Positions 9,594 through 21,805 are shown, counted from the first letter of the stretch. The stretch is 34,678 nucleotides of DNA from Octopus sinensis (GCF_006345805.1 NW_021832165.1:1-34678); one strand, 5' to 3'. Notes: generated by a model from the sequence alone, not told the origin. Program-made: numbers and translations.

Positions 9594-9839
9594 TAAGAGA
9601 GAGAGAGAGGTGGGGAGAGAGAATTGGAAAGAGAGGGAAGGAGAGGGAGAGAAAGGTGGGGAGAGAGAACATTGCAGACAACGAATGAAATAAACATGAA
9701 ATGAAAAAATCGTATAAATAAAAGTTTGTTAAAAACCATCTTGTACGGGAAATTTAAATTTGTGAACTTGGTAAATATTTCTTTTAGTAATTTATCGTGG
9801 TTGTTTACAAAAAGCGAATTAAAACTTGAAATGCAAACA

Positions 9840-10070
9840 TTATACGTCAATGCCGGAAGTTGACATTGAGAAACCTTTTACAGACGTGAATCATGAATTG
9901 AAAGCAATATTATTCATTTTTAATAAAAGTAAATAAATGAATAAATAAACTGATGACCGCATATATGTATCCGAGGTCAAGTTATTCATGCATCCCAAGT
10001 ATGGAAGCAATTCGCGTAGCCGTTTCCGCATGGAAGCGAACACACACACAGGTCTATTTAGATCTATATA
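9840..10070 (-). mobile_element. Possible 5' portion of a non-autonomous Helitron-like element
   Basis: Minus strand begins TCtaaatagacctgtgtgtgtgttcgcttccatgcggaaacggctacg, resembling the TC/(TG)n/aaacggct starts of Lep1-type Helitrons. No 3' CTAG end was found. Confidence 0.3.
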
Positions 10071-10074
10071 TATA

Positions 10075-10350
<276 letters not shown>

Positions 10351-10356
10351 TATAGA

Positions 10357-10818
10357 CTAGCAGCATAGCCCGGTGTTGCCCGGGTATGTAAGAGTCTCTA
10401 GTAGGCAACGACTAACCCCAATCTAGTCTTTTCCCTCTAGGGAACGAAGGCGCATGTGTAGGTTGCAATGTCTTCTCTTCACTCGAATACTTCTGTGTAT
10501 ACGATGTTCCTAGCTGTCCCTTTGGGCGAAAACATGAAAACATCATTGCGCCTCCCAACGCATGAACAGCCCACGTACAGCCCAGAAAACGTGTTGCATA
10601 TAAGAAGCTCAGATTATCGACCCCATGTCGAATTTATCGATTTTTTCAGAACTGGGGGAACTTCAAAATTTTCACTGCGTTAGTTTTGAATTATGACATT
10701 GGGCCTATGTGTTGTCAAGTTTCATCAGAATCGTTGAAAGCCGTGGTCAGGGTGAGGGTACAACCTGACAGACACACAGACACACAGACAGACAAAGCGT
10801 TTATTATATAGAGAGAGA
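10357..10818 (-). mobile_element. Non-autonomous Helitron with both termini
   Basis: Minus strand: A|TC 5' end at 10818, (TGTC)-type microsatellite, 3' hairpin cccgg-gcaaca-ccggg, then CTAG|T at 10357. Inserted between A and T. It shares ~200 bp of 5' module with 28261-28645. Confidence 0.85.
10479..10589 (-). pseudogene. Helitron RepHel PIF1-helicase C-terminal relic
   Basis: FSGLYVGCSCVGRRNDVFMFSPKGTARNIVYTEVFE* matches the PIF1/Helitron helicase end motif (H)GQLYV(A/G)CSRV...TKNIVYxEVL*. Confidence 0.75.
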
Positions 10819-10823
10819 TACTT

Positions 10824-10877
<54 letters not shown>

Positions 10878-10910
10878 GAGGAGAGAGACGAGAGAGGAGA
10901 GAGAGAGAGA

Positions 10911-10950
<40 letters not shown>

Positions 10951-11019
10951 TAGTTTATCTCAGAAGGTTTTTTATTATTAGGAGGATCGATTCGAGAATC
11001 GTAGAGAGATGAAATATAA

Positions 11020-11473
11020 TCTGTTCTACTCTAGGCACAAGGCCCGAAATTTTGGGGAAGGGGGCCAGTCGATTAAATCGAACTGAGTACGCAACTGGTA
11101 CTTAATTTATCGATCCCAAAACGATGAAAGGCAAAATCGACCTCAGCGGAATTTGAACTCAGAACGTAAAGACAGACGAAATACCTATTTCTTTACTGTT
11201 CACAAGGGGTTAAACACAGGGGGGACAAACAAGGACAGACAAATGGATTAAGTCGATTATATAGATCCCATTGCGTAACTGGTACTTAATTTATTGACCC
11301 CGAAAGGATGAAAGGCAAAGTCGACCTCGGCGGAATTTGAACTCAGAACGTAACGGCAGACGAAATACGGCTACGCATTTCGCCCGGTGTGCTAACGTTT
11401 CTTATTTCTTTATTGCCCACAAGGGGCTAAACATAGAGGGGACAAACAAGGACAGACAAAGGGATTAAGTCGA
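11020..11473 (-). mobile_element. Stack of three SINE family A copies/fragments (11020-11183, 11184-11400, 11401-11473)
   Basis: Repeated blocks gaatttgaactcagaacgtaa, gatgaaaggcaaagtcgacctc, ctggtacttaattta and tail tatttcttta...ccacaagggg. Confidence 0.9.
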
Positions 11474-11829
11474 ATTTCATTATAGTGTCCTAGCTAAAAC
11501 ATCATGTCTCATCGGTAGACAATACCATGATGACATTTTCGGACAACTGCTTATGATGTGGGTGATCAGTCGTCACATTTTACTGCATTTTTATCCCTTT
11601 TGTGCATCAGGTACTTGGTTGATATTTCCTGTTCTTGGATTGCAGACGCATACCCTTCAAAATCGGTGATAATAATCCGGTTATTTGTTCATGATAAACT
11701 GCTTTGATGATCAATGTTACTAACATCTCGAAGCTTTCTACTAACATATCCATGCATAGTCTTCTGATCATATAGGCTCATCCTTTCATCTGATGGTACG
11801 TTGCCGTAGAATCGTGCGACTTCTTTGGG
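11474..11829 (-). mobile_element. R4/NeSL-type (RLE-class) non-LTR retrotransposon fragment, CCHC zinc-knuckle region
   Basis: Minus translation with stops and a frameshift: ...MHGYVSRKL...DFEGYASAIQEQEISTKYLMHKRDK.../LITHIISSCPKMSSWYCLPMRHDVLARTL. This matches the AIQEQEI...HIISxC...RHD signature that precedes the RLE domain. Confidence 0.75.
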
Positions 11830-11965
11830 TATGTATGTATGTATGTATGTATGTATGTATGTATGTATGTATGTATGTATGTATGTTTGTATGTATGTAT
11901 GTATGTATGTATGTATATGTATGTATGTATGCATGTATGTATGTATGTATGTATGTATGTATGAC
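11830..11965. repeat. (ATGT)n microsatellite
   Basis: Directly visible. Confidence 0.95.
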
Positions 11966-12152
11966 TGTGTATGTGTTTGTTCCACACCATTGCAATGATA
12001 AGCGAGATTGGTTTGTTTATGTCCCCGTAACTGAACAGTTCCTCAAAAGAGGCCGATGGGATAAGTACCAGGTTTTTAAAAACATAGCAATAAATATGGC
12101 CGCAACTCCATAACTGAAACAAGTAAAAGCTATAAACACTTTCAACATTTCT

Positions 12153-12189
<37 letters not shown>

Positions 12190-12959
12190 CTACATATCTC
12201 ATCCACCCCTCCTGTCTGTCTCTCCCTTTCCTATACTCCCTCCTCCTTCCTCCCTCTTTCTGTCTCTCTCCTACATTTCCTCTTCCCTCACCCTCTGTCT
12301 GTCTGTCTCTGTCTCTCTGTCTCTCTCTCCTCAAATTAATGGTATGCTTAAAACGCACTCACCAGAACATACATTTACAAACTTATTATCAAAAATTCTG
12401 ATTATTAATAAAATATTTCTTGCCAAAGCCACACGCCAATATTCATTTTTTTCGGCATCTGAGTTTTATTTGTTGATAAAGCCAACACATCTCCATATTT
12501 CAGTTTTAAATACTTTCTCCATAAATCCCTAGCGTACCTCCGTTTCTCTCATTTGTTTTTTATATTCTATTTCATTTTATTTTTTTCATTCTTCTGTTAT
12601 TTAATCATTTATTTATTTATCTATAAATAATGGTTGTTTACTTAAAACATATTTTATATAAGGTTTTGTTGTTGTTCAGGAATAATATAGAGATGATGAA
12701 ATAGATAAGAAATTTTTCTGATCATTGCAACTACCAAGACTACCACCGCCACCACAACTACCACCATCTCTACCAACGCTACTGTCGGTACCACCATCAC
12801 AACAACAACAACAACAACAGCAACAACAACAAAAACGGAAAAAAACAACGAAAACAACAAAATATTTCCAACGAAAGCGTTTATATTGAACTCATCGCTG
12901 AATTCAGAAATATCTATATATTTGTTATTTCTTTAATGCCAGATTTTTCATTCATCAGA

Positions 12960-12985
12960 AACCAACAATGTATATATATATATAT

Positions 12986-13024
<39 letters not shown>

Positions 13025-13102
13025 GTATGTGTGGTATGTATGGGTGCATGCATGTATGCATGAATGTATGAATGCATGTATGTATGTAGATTTATATATA
13101 TG

Positions 13103-13142
<40 letters not shown>

Positions 13143-13297
13143 TACATATATATATATATACATACATATACATACATACATGCATACACACATATACAGA
13201 CATGTATGTATATATGTGTCCTCATGTGAGTATGCACGAATGTATGAATGCATGTATATATGAAGATTTATATATATGTTTACACACACACAAACAC

Positions 13298-13329
<32 letters not shown>

Positions 13330-13973
13330 AATATATAATTATATATATATATTATATATATTATATATATATATATAATATATATATATATATATACATA
13401 TATACATACATACACACGTATACAGATACATATGTATATATGTCTCCTTATGTGAGTATGCATATATGCTTGCATGTTTGTATGCATGTATGTATGTATG
13501 TATGTATGTATGTATGTATGTATGTATGTATGTATGCATGTATGTATATTTGTATACATTCATATTTGTATGCATGTGTGCATTACGTATTCTTTTATGC
13601 TAACATTCCTTCGGCTTGTCCAAGTGATCGTCCGTTTCTCCATATTGCACCTACAGAGAAACAGCAAGTGGTCCAGATGCATTTGCGTTATCTCTGCAAG
13701 TGCTTTCTGTGCAATTTTTGTTGTTGTGCTGTTGTTGTTGTTATTGTAATAGCTTTTGTTGTTTTCTGTATCTTTTTTTTTTCTTTTTCTCTTGGTTAGA
13801 ACAAAGTAATATCCGATTTCGTCTTGGAGAATACGAGGAAAAATGGTTGACTTTAGGTGTTTGCATCAGAAGGGTTTAGCATTAATATTGTTTTTAATGC
13901 ACAAATCTAGCCGTTTCTATTTCAGGTAGGCCAAATACAGAGAAGGAAGAAATGGATATGTGTGTGTGTATGT

Positions 13974-14028
<55 letters not shown>

Positions 14029-14112
14029 CGTGTGTTTGTTTGTGTATAGATAGATATAGATATAGATTGATAGCCAGACAGACAACTAGGTAGCTAGCTA
14101 GATAGATAGATG

Positions 14113-14172
<60 letters not shown>

Positions 14173-14530
14173 CATAGATATAAGCAGAGTGACACAAAAG
14201 AGAGAGAAAGGGAGAGAGAGAGAAATGAGGAGAGAGAGCAGTGTTAAATGGAAAGACGGAGCAAATATTGGTTGGTAGGAATCTATAAAATGGTATGGAA
14301 CATGATGAGAGGAAGGAAAGAGGAAGGCAAAGAGAATGATTTAAAGAGATGACCTCATACACATGCAAATATTTAGTAATATAAGCATACATACATATAA
14401 ACATAGACACAAACACACACACACATTTATGCTTTTTCATGTTGCTTGTATATGAATGTATGTGTAACAATTTTTTTATATACAAAAGCATATACATATA
14501 CATATGCGAGTGATTATATGCGTGTGTGTG

Positions 14531-14572
<42 letters not shown>

Positions 14573-14694
14573 CATGTGTTAGTGTATGTAGGTATATCTA
14601 TATGTATTCCGTTTTGGTGAAACATTTCAAACTGCTGTCTACATTAATTTTATATATATATATATATATGTCTATATATATTTATACATATATA

Positions 14695-14753
<59 letters not shown>

Positions 14754-14900
14754 CATATATATACATATATATTTATGTAAATATATATAATACATATATA
14801 TACATATATATTATGTAAATATATATATATATTTACATATTACACAAATATATATGTGAATGTATGTATATATGTATGTATGTATGTATGATGTATGTGT
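12960..14900. repeat. Compound microsatellite field: (TA)n, (ATGT)n, (TG)n, (TAGA)n, with small unique islands
   Basis: Directly visible; it accounts for the many Y/I/H/T-rich ORFs in the track. Confidence 0.9.
13605..13650 (-). CDS. Weak candidate exon (46 nt; ..AIWRNGRSLGQAEG..)
   Basis: Unique island. Minus acceptor cttgctgtttctctgtAG and donor GTTAGC (alternative donor GTAATG after 13587). Confidence 0.2.
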
Positions 14901-15257
14901 ATGTATGTATGTATGCATGCATGCTTAAGAAATAGGGAGAGAAAACGTGCATAAAAGAGGGCAATATATGTACATGAAAAGAAAAAACGATCGAGAGAGA
15001 AATATAATCCTTCTCAGCTTGTGGAGTCAGCCATGTTTAATGGAAGCTGCGTCTAATCGAAATGAATAATAACCAAATGTCGTGAGTTCGTGTCAAAACA
15101 TGCGCTGTATTATCCATGGCAAAAGCATTAAATACTAACCATCCCCTTGCTTATCCGGCAGCCGATCAAGGGCATTGAGTCTTGTGACATTGGCGTTCGA
15201 TATGACTGCGTGTTATCTTGTGCAAAATGTCTTTTAACATTTCCCCCTACCCACACC

Positions 15258-15289
<32 letters not shown>

Positions 15290-15291
15290 CA

Positions 15292-15488
15292 TAAGGCGGC
15301 GAGTTGGCTAAACTGCTAGCACGCCGGGCAAAATGTTTAGTTGCGTTTCGAGTGTCTTTACATTCTGAGTACAAATTTCGAGTGTCTTTAAATCTGAGTT
15401 CCGTGGTTAACTTTGCCTTTCATCCCCTCAGTGTCGATAAATTAAGTACCAATTCAGAATTGGGGTCGATGTAATCGATTTACGCCCT
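15292..15488 (+). mobile_element. SINE family A copy with a small internal duplication
   Basis: Head aaggcggcgagttggc...gcacgccgggcaaaatg. Block tttcgagtgtcttta..tctgagt occurs twice. Body ctttgcctttcatcc...gtcgataaattaagtacc. Confidence 0.85.
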
Positions 15489-15529
15489 CTACACATTATA
15501 TATATATATATATATACATAGATAGGGGA

Positions 15530-15720
15530 CATAATTCACAAAAAAAACAAGACGAAGACAGGTGGTGTAGACAACAAACAGATGTATTAGTTTAACGCTC
15601 GGGAAGTGAAAAAGTCTTTAACGTTTCGAGCCTACGTTTTTCCACAGAAAGGAACACAGAAATAAACAAGGAGAGAAAATAAAGAATATGTAGTGGATAG
15701 CGATCGATCATGGCGAATGT
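15530..15720 (-). mobile_element. Short repeat, family P (Penelope pLTR-like), with a degenerate HHR motif at 15616-15651
   Basis: Shares tatt...acgctc(g/a)ggaa and tttaacgtttcgagc with 25790-25925, 28690-28810 and 34145-34330. Confidence 0.55.
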
Positions 15721-15738
15721 ATTTATATATACATATAA

Positions 15739-15770
<32 letters not shown>

Positions 15771-15886
15771 TTATATATATACTATACACATTCACATACG
15801 CTCACACACAATTTCCATTTATTAAATTCATCCACAAGGCTTTTGTAGGCTCGGAAGTCGTTTCAGGGTCAATATGATAAATACCT

Positions 15887-16117
15887 ATTTCTTTACTGCC
15901 CACAGGGGGCTACACACAGAGGGAACAAACAAGGACAGACAAATGGATTAAGTCGATTATATCGGCCCCAGTGCGTAAATGGTACTTATTTAATCAACCC
16001 CGAAAGGATGAAAGGCAAAGTCGACCTCGGCGGGATTTGAACTCAGAATGTAGCGGCAGACGAAATACCGCTAAGCATTTCGCCCGGCGTGCTAACGATT
16101 CTGCCGACTTGCCGCTG
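15887..16117 (-). mobile_element. SINE family A, near full length, with an 11-bp target-site duplication
   Basis: GATAAATACCT at 15876-15886 and 16118-16128 flanks the element; B-box-like gagttcaaatcc on the minus strand. Confidence 0.9.
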
Positions 16118-16219
16118 GATAAATACCTGTTGAATACTTGGGTTAATATAATCGACATGCCTCCTCCGTTCAAAATTTCTGGCTTCTACTAAAATCAGAA
16201 AGAAATAGTCTTAAAATTT

Positions 16220-16415
16220 TAGGGTACGGCCAGCAATTTCGGGAGGAGGAGACAGTAAGCCGATTACACCGACCCTAGTGTTTAACTGGGACTTATTTGA
16301 TCGATCCCGAAAGGGCAAGAGAATGTCAGCAAGATTTTGAATTCAGAACGTACGGATCAGGAAAAAATGCCGCTAAGCATTTTTCCCGGCCCGCTAATTA
16401 TTCTATCACCTCAAA
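16220..16415 (-). mobile_element. Diverged SINE family A variant
   Basis: gatcgatcccgaaagg...tttgaattcagaacgta...ccgctaagcattt aligns with 15960-16090 and 11050-11180. Confidence 0.7.
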
Positions 16416-16728
16416 GCGCACCTTGAGAACAGTAAAAAAAGTGGGGTTTCATATGGCGCAAGGTTAGCAAGTTTAGGCAGGGATAAGTCGACTGCAAACT
16501 CACCGCTTTAAAGAAAAGAAAGAGGAATAAAATATAATTCGTCCTGGGTATGACTTTAGGTAGTGGGGCCCTGGTTTGGGAGTTCCAGTGTTCTGAGAGA
16601 CAAGTGTGGAACTACCTGTTCACCACTATTGTCCCTATGTCTATTCTAACTCGGAACAATAGCACTAGTCAGTGTCTCAACTGTGGGTTGATTAGCATGT
16701 CTCCGAGGGAAGTTCATTCACAGACACC

Positions 16729-17140
16729 CAATGGGCCCAAGGCTGTTGAGTCCCTACAGCTCTTTAGCTCCTTATATAAGAGAAGGTAACATCACACAAA
16801 CCTTGTATCCTCCTCAATGAGCCCAAAGCAGATGGGTCCTTTCAGTTCCTTAGCTCTTTATCTAAGAGAAGGTAACACCACACAAATCTTGTATCCTCCC
16901 CAATGAGCCCCTCTGCTATTTAGCTACCTGTCTAAGAGAAGGTAACTCCACACAAATCCTGTATCCTTTTGAATAGGCCCAAAGCAGATGGGTCCCTTCA
17001 GCTCCTTAGCTCTTTATCTAAGAGAAGGTAACTCCACATAAATCCTATATCATCTGCAATGGGTCCAAGGCAGATGAAGCCCCTCTGCTATTTAGCTCCT
17101 TACCTTAGAGAAGGTAATTCCATACAAATCCTGTATCCTC
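16729..17140. repeat. Five-unit 86-bp minisatellite (one unit 70 bp) with alternating subtypes
   Basis: Anchor AGAAGGTAA(C/T) at 16781, 16867, 16937, 17023 and 17109 (periods 86, 70, 86, 86). Confidence 0.9.
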
Positions 17141-18244
17141 ATAACTACAGGGCTTGTGGCACTTATTGCTCCTACTAGTACAAGTTTGAAGGACGAGGGG
17201 TTGTGACTGGCTCTGCGCAAACCATGCCTACTAAAATAATATTAATGGTACAGGTTCTTCGGCAAACCAAGACACGAACGGTATCTGCATCTTGCCTAAC
17301 CCTCGTTCGTCGACGATGGAGTCCAACAGCAATTATTATTTTATTCATGAGTTCAAATGCTTGCAGAAAAGTCCTTCTTTATTCAAGTCGTTTACTCAAT
17401 GTTCTAAGTCGTAGCCGTAACCCAGTGCAAGTGCATCTAGTAAGTTGTACCTTGGGAGGATCATTATGCTAATAATAAACACACGCAATAGTTCCATTTC
17501 ACATCTTTATTTGTCAACTGTATAATCATTGAGCTAAGTAACTAATTGATCGTTTTATTAATCGTTCGGTCAATCAGTCAGCCAGGTTTGTCAAAGTCCT
17601 TTCGTCACCATCAATGGTGTACCCTCCCTTCTGCCGTCAATCAGTTAATTGGTTAAATGGTTAAACCAATTGTAAAATAAAGAAGTAAGAGAGAATCAGT
17701 GCGTGTGTATATTATTGGCAAAATGACCCTCTTAATATACAAGAAAATATGTTTCAACACAAGAGTTCACATCAAGAATTTCGCAAATCAAATATAAAAA
17801 TTGAGTATCTGTTAAAGCTATTGTGATATACACTCGGCTAATCACATTCCTCATACCAGTTCTTTCAGGACAAGAATACGCTGTGATCACCACCACACCA
17901 TTGACGACCCTACTATTTTATGATGTCGCTCGATGGCTGGCCTTCCGTATTTTATGGGCGCCAATTTGATTGGTCCAACCGTCTTACTTTTGTGAAGGAG
18001 AGAGAAAGTACATTTCATTTTTAGTCTGTTTGTTGTAAAGATAATTAAATTCGACTGTTGAATCATTTTTAATCTGTTTGATAGACAATAGGAATCATAA
18101 AATTCCAATCACATACAGGAATTTCGAATTAAACTGAAATCCTTAAATGTTATGTCGAATTTAAGACTGTTTATGAGAATTAAGATAAATAAAGAGAGAA
18201 AGATAATATCATCACGTTTTAAAATGTTTATTTTTATTTTTAGC

Positions 18245-18418
18245 AGGCGCAGGAGTGGCTGTGTGGTAAGTAGCTTGCTTACTAGCCACATGGTTCCGGG
18301 TTCAGTCCCACTGCGTGGCACCTTGGCCAAGTGTCTTCTACTATAGCCTCGGGCCGATCAGAGCCTTGTGAGTGGATTTGGTAGACGGAAGCTGAAAGAA
18401 GCTCGTCGTATATATGCA

Positions 18419-18460
<42 letters not shown>

Positions 18461-18477
18461 TGTGTGTGTATGTGTGT

Positions 18478-18516
<39 letters not shown>

Positions 18517-18700
18517 TGTTTGTCCCCAACTTCGCTTGACAACCGATGCTGGTGTGTTTACGTCCCATTAACGTAGCGGTTCAGCAAAGAGACCGATACA
18601 ATAAGTACTAGGCTTACAAAGAATGAGTCCTGGGGTCGATTTGCTCGACTAAAAGCGGTGCTGCAACATGGTCACAGTCAAATGACTGAAACAAGTACGT
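18245..18700 (+). mobile_element. tRNA-derived SINE family B, full length, with a central (TG)n
   Basis: Head aggcgcaggagtggctgtgtggtaag...ggttccgggttcagtcccact; body ggatttggtagacggaa; tail aatgactgaaacaagta. Confidence 0.9.
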
Positions 18701-18999
18701 GAAGAGTAACGAAACTCAAATTGAATAAAGCTGTAAATAAACTCCTGTAGAACATTAGATTTTAAAGGGAAAAAAATCATAGAAAAGAAAAAAAAAACGA
18801 ATGACAACCCTTGAAACTCGAAGCCAGCATTCTGCATACTATCATTTATAGCTCTGTGTACTTCCAGTTTCCTCAGTTAAAATGATTTATTTCCTTGCTC
18901 TCAATTTCGGAAGATAAAATAAATTCTTAGTGTAAATAACATACAATTCTCGGTGGTAAAAACAAAGCTGCTAAACCAGGTAAAGCGCATGGGATAAGT

Positions 19000-19070
19000 T
19001 GCTTTGGTATAAAGTTAGCGCATTTGTTATGTTCACTGAACACGTGGGTTCGAATCCCAAGGGCGGTGAT
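19000..19070 (+). mobile_element. Decayed tRNA-derived SINE head (A/B-box relic)
   Basis: tggtataaagttagc (A-box-like) and GGTTCGAATCCC 19047-19058 (B-box). No complete cloverleaf. Confidence 0.4.
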
Positions 19071-19339
19071 GAAGTTTCTCTTTCTATCTAAGGGTGAATG
19101 GGGTTGCCTCATTTTCTAAATGCTATTAGATTTAAGGGTTTTTTTTACTTCCATCGTTAAAACGATTTATTTCCTGTCTCCTGAAATTCTAGAAAAAATA
19201 TTTTATATCTTTACAAGAAACAAAGACGATTTGTTTTAAAGGGAAGGAAAATAATTTTTTTAAATTTTCGGATTGCATATCGGCATAAACTGGTGTTGAA
19301 TGAGGGAACAGAAAATTTCATAAATATGTATATACACCG

Positions 19340-19650
19340 TAAGGCAGCGTGCTGGTAGAATCGTTAGCGCACCGGACAAAATGCTTAGCGGTATTTCGTC
19401 TGTCGTTACGTTCTGAGTTCAAATTCTGCCGAGGTCGACTTTACCTTTCATCCTTCCGCGGTCGATAAATTTAGTACCAGTTAAGCACTGGGGTCGATCT
19501 AATCGGCTTAATCCCTGTGTCTGTCCTTGTTTGTCCCCTCTATGTTTAGTCCCCTTGTGGGCATGAAAAAAATAAGAATCGTTAGCACGTCTTTCATCAC
19601 TTCGGGGTCGATAAAATAACTAATATTCGAGCACTGAAGTCGAAATTGCT
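19340..19650 (+). mobile_element. SINE family A full copy (19340-19574) followed by a partial second unit
   Basis: Head taaggcagcgtgctggtagaatcgttagc; tail gtggg...aaaaaaata is followed immediately by agaatcgttagcacg. Confidence 0.9.
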
Positions 19651-20089
19651 GGCTTTGTGGCAGAATTTGCAACTAAATATGTATACATCGCAAAAAGAAA
19701 TACTGCTGCGACTTTTATCTGAGAGATAATCTCCAAAAGACATGTTGTGTTAAAAATGCGATATATATCTAAGCGAAATGAACATTGTCGCAGCATTCAT
19801 TCATGGAAACGTTACACTCGTTTCACTTTTCTTAGGGCTTATCAATAACGTCTGTATATTTTCACACGCTTGAGCGAAACTTGTGCCTCGATATAAAAGA
19901 AACAGTGAAAATGCATTCACTGATATTGCGAAAAACGGACCAAGCTGTAAAAAAAATGTGAGTGCAACTGAAGCAGAATTAAATTAAAATAGCCATCTGT
20001 GTATCATACTAAATGTATAATGTAGCTTCATTGGAGTTCACCGAGTTTTTTTATAGCCGAACAAGCATTCTTCTGGCCCTTTCTATCAC

Positions 20090-20285
20090 AAGAAATTGAG
20101 GATATGCAGATTTCGAATCTGTTGTACATAAATATCCGCCTTCTCGTATGATTTTGAAAGTGTTGTTCACACCTGTTGAAATGCTAACCTCTACGATTCT
20201 ACATGAATTGTTTTTTCTGTCCCAAATGACCATATCTTGGTATAAGGTTCGATGGACATGTTCTACCGATTTTCTTTTTGTTGAT
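20090..20285 (-). mobile_element. R4/NeSL-type LINE fragment, restriction-like endonuclease (PD..D/ExK) region
   Basis: Minus translation with frameshifts: KENR*NMSI.../DMVIWDRKNNSCRIVEVSISTGVNNTFKI/ YEKADIYVQQIRNLHIL. This matches the RLE pattern (K)PDxVIWD...IVEVS...EKxxxY. Confidence 0.65.
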
Positions 20286-21183
20286 AAGCATGCATGCATT
20301 TTACATGGATGTATGTATGTATGTATGTATGTATGTATGTATGTATGTATGTATGTATGCATGTATGTATGTAAGTAAATATCTACACACATTCGGAGTA
20401 AATATGTACACACATACACAAATATATATGTGAGTGTCTATGTGTAGCACCTTTTTGGGGTCTTAGCTATGGGTTAACTAACAGATGTGACACTCCATCT
20501 AAGTGTGAACGTAGAGATACCCTTGGTTGTTGTCAATGTGCGCAGTACAACCACCGAAAATTGGGGATTCTTAGCTGTTATCACAACATCTTTATAGAAG
20601 AGGGATCCACTGATGTAAAACCTGAGGTTTCAGCTGATTAGTAGCCATTTCACTTCGTGCTGTCCCTAGATACTAATCACAGAAACCCTGAGAATGGTAC
20701 TCGTGCTGTACAAGTGTTTACCATAATAATTCAATGACTTTATACTGATCGGATTTTCTAATTGATCTATTAAAAATCATATGGCATTGGAATGATGGCG
20801 ACGTGTGCAGACGTAACCAGCTCGAAGCGAGCTGTAGGTTATAACTTGCGTCTGTCATCTCTGTTTCAAACCACGCAGATCTGAAACGGAAATGAATAGT
20901 CATCTGAGCGGTCATGTGGGGGAAGTCCGAAATGCCGTAGACAATGAGGAAGCACAACGAGGAAGCACAAAGAGACGGCAATCACCAGAGAAGATGGAGC
21001 AATCACTACATATATAGATAGATATAATAGACTAAACAACAGGAGGAGGCACACAAGATGGAGAGTCGCTCCAGAGGTCACAGGAAGTATGACAAAAGAT
21101 TTCAGACAATGGACACTAAAACAAATATATAATGCAAAATCATTTGACGGTCCCAAATATAACAATACATACATAGGATGAGC

Positions 21184-21735
21184 TCCTGGATCTTAAGAAC
21201 CTTCCGGTCCAGAGAACAAGGAGTCATCTTTCCACTTTTCTCCTCCTTTGTACGGCCACACCTCGAATACTGCTGCCCTTTGTAGTCTCCCCATACAAAA
21301 CAAAACATCTCGAGGATTGAATCACCTCAGAGAGCACTCATTAAACGAATTGAAGGCATGACTGATCTCGATTATTGGGACCACCTTAAAGCCTTGAAAC
21401 TCTACTCTCTCCAGCGCCGCAGCTAGTGGTACATCATTTGTACGATGTTGAGAATATACCGCCAGCATTGCCCAAATGACCTGAACATTAGTTTCAAGGT
21501 TCATCCAAGGCTGGGACCGCGGGCTATACGTCCCTTATCCAATTCATGATCACAAAATATAGGTACACTGCGACACAATTTCTTTTTCTCAACAGGCCCC
21601 ACTCTGTTTAATATTGTCCCGAAAGAGATCAAAGAGGAAAAGGATCCCATCACCTTTAAACGGAGTCTGGACAGATTTCTTCAAGGAACACCGGATACAA
21701 CTCACTCAACAAGAACACACTACTTGAATGGACCA
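21184..21735 (+). mobile_element. CR1-type LINE 3' fragment (post-RT region of ORF2), decayed
   Basis: SWILRTFRSREQGVIFPLFSSFVRPHLEYCCPL*SPHTKQNISRIESPQRALIKRIEGMTDLDYWDHLKALKLYSLQRR... matches the CR1/L2 VRPHLEY...SP...L.LYSL.RR signature. Confidence 0.85.
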
Positions 21736-21803
21736 CGCAGTGGGACTGAACACGGAAACCATGTGGTTGGTAAGCAAGACAGTTACTATACAACTACTCC
21801 TGC

Positions 21804-21805
<2 letters not shown>
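21735..21805 (-). mobile_element. SINE family B head fragment
   Basis: ccacgcagtgggactgaac...ccatgtggttggtaagcaag...actcctgccc is the reverse complement of the family B head. Confidence 0.75.

Noticed and set aside
12914-14790. Many 60-217 aa ORFs rich in Y/I/H/T/C/V
   Set aside because: Translations of (TA)n, (ATGT)n, (TG)n and (TAGA)n microsatellites; the same applies to similar ORFs elsewhere in the window.
16729-17140. CRISPR-like appearance (recurring AGAGAAGGTAAC at regular spacing)
   Set aside because: The intervening sequences are homologous to each other rather than unique spacers, the context is eukaryotic, and there are no cas genes.
18850-19230. Short dispersed direct similarity (acttcca..gttaaaa.gatttatttcct) about 290 bp apart
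   Set aside because: Too short, AT-rich and diverged to assign; probably an old duplication with no interpretable structure.
20866-21174. Hydrophobic 102-aa minus ORF resembling a membrane protein
   Set aside because: Hydrophobicity reflects the A/G-rich plus strand and a TAGA repeat; it overlaps the CR1 flank and has no splice or start context.
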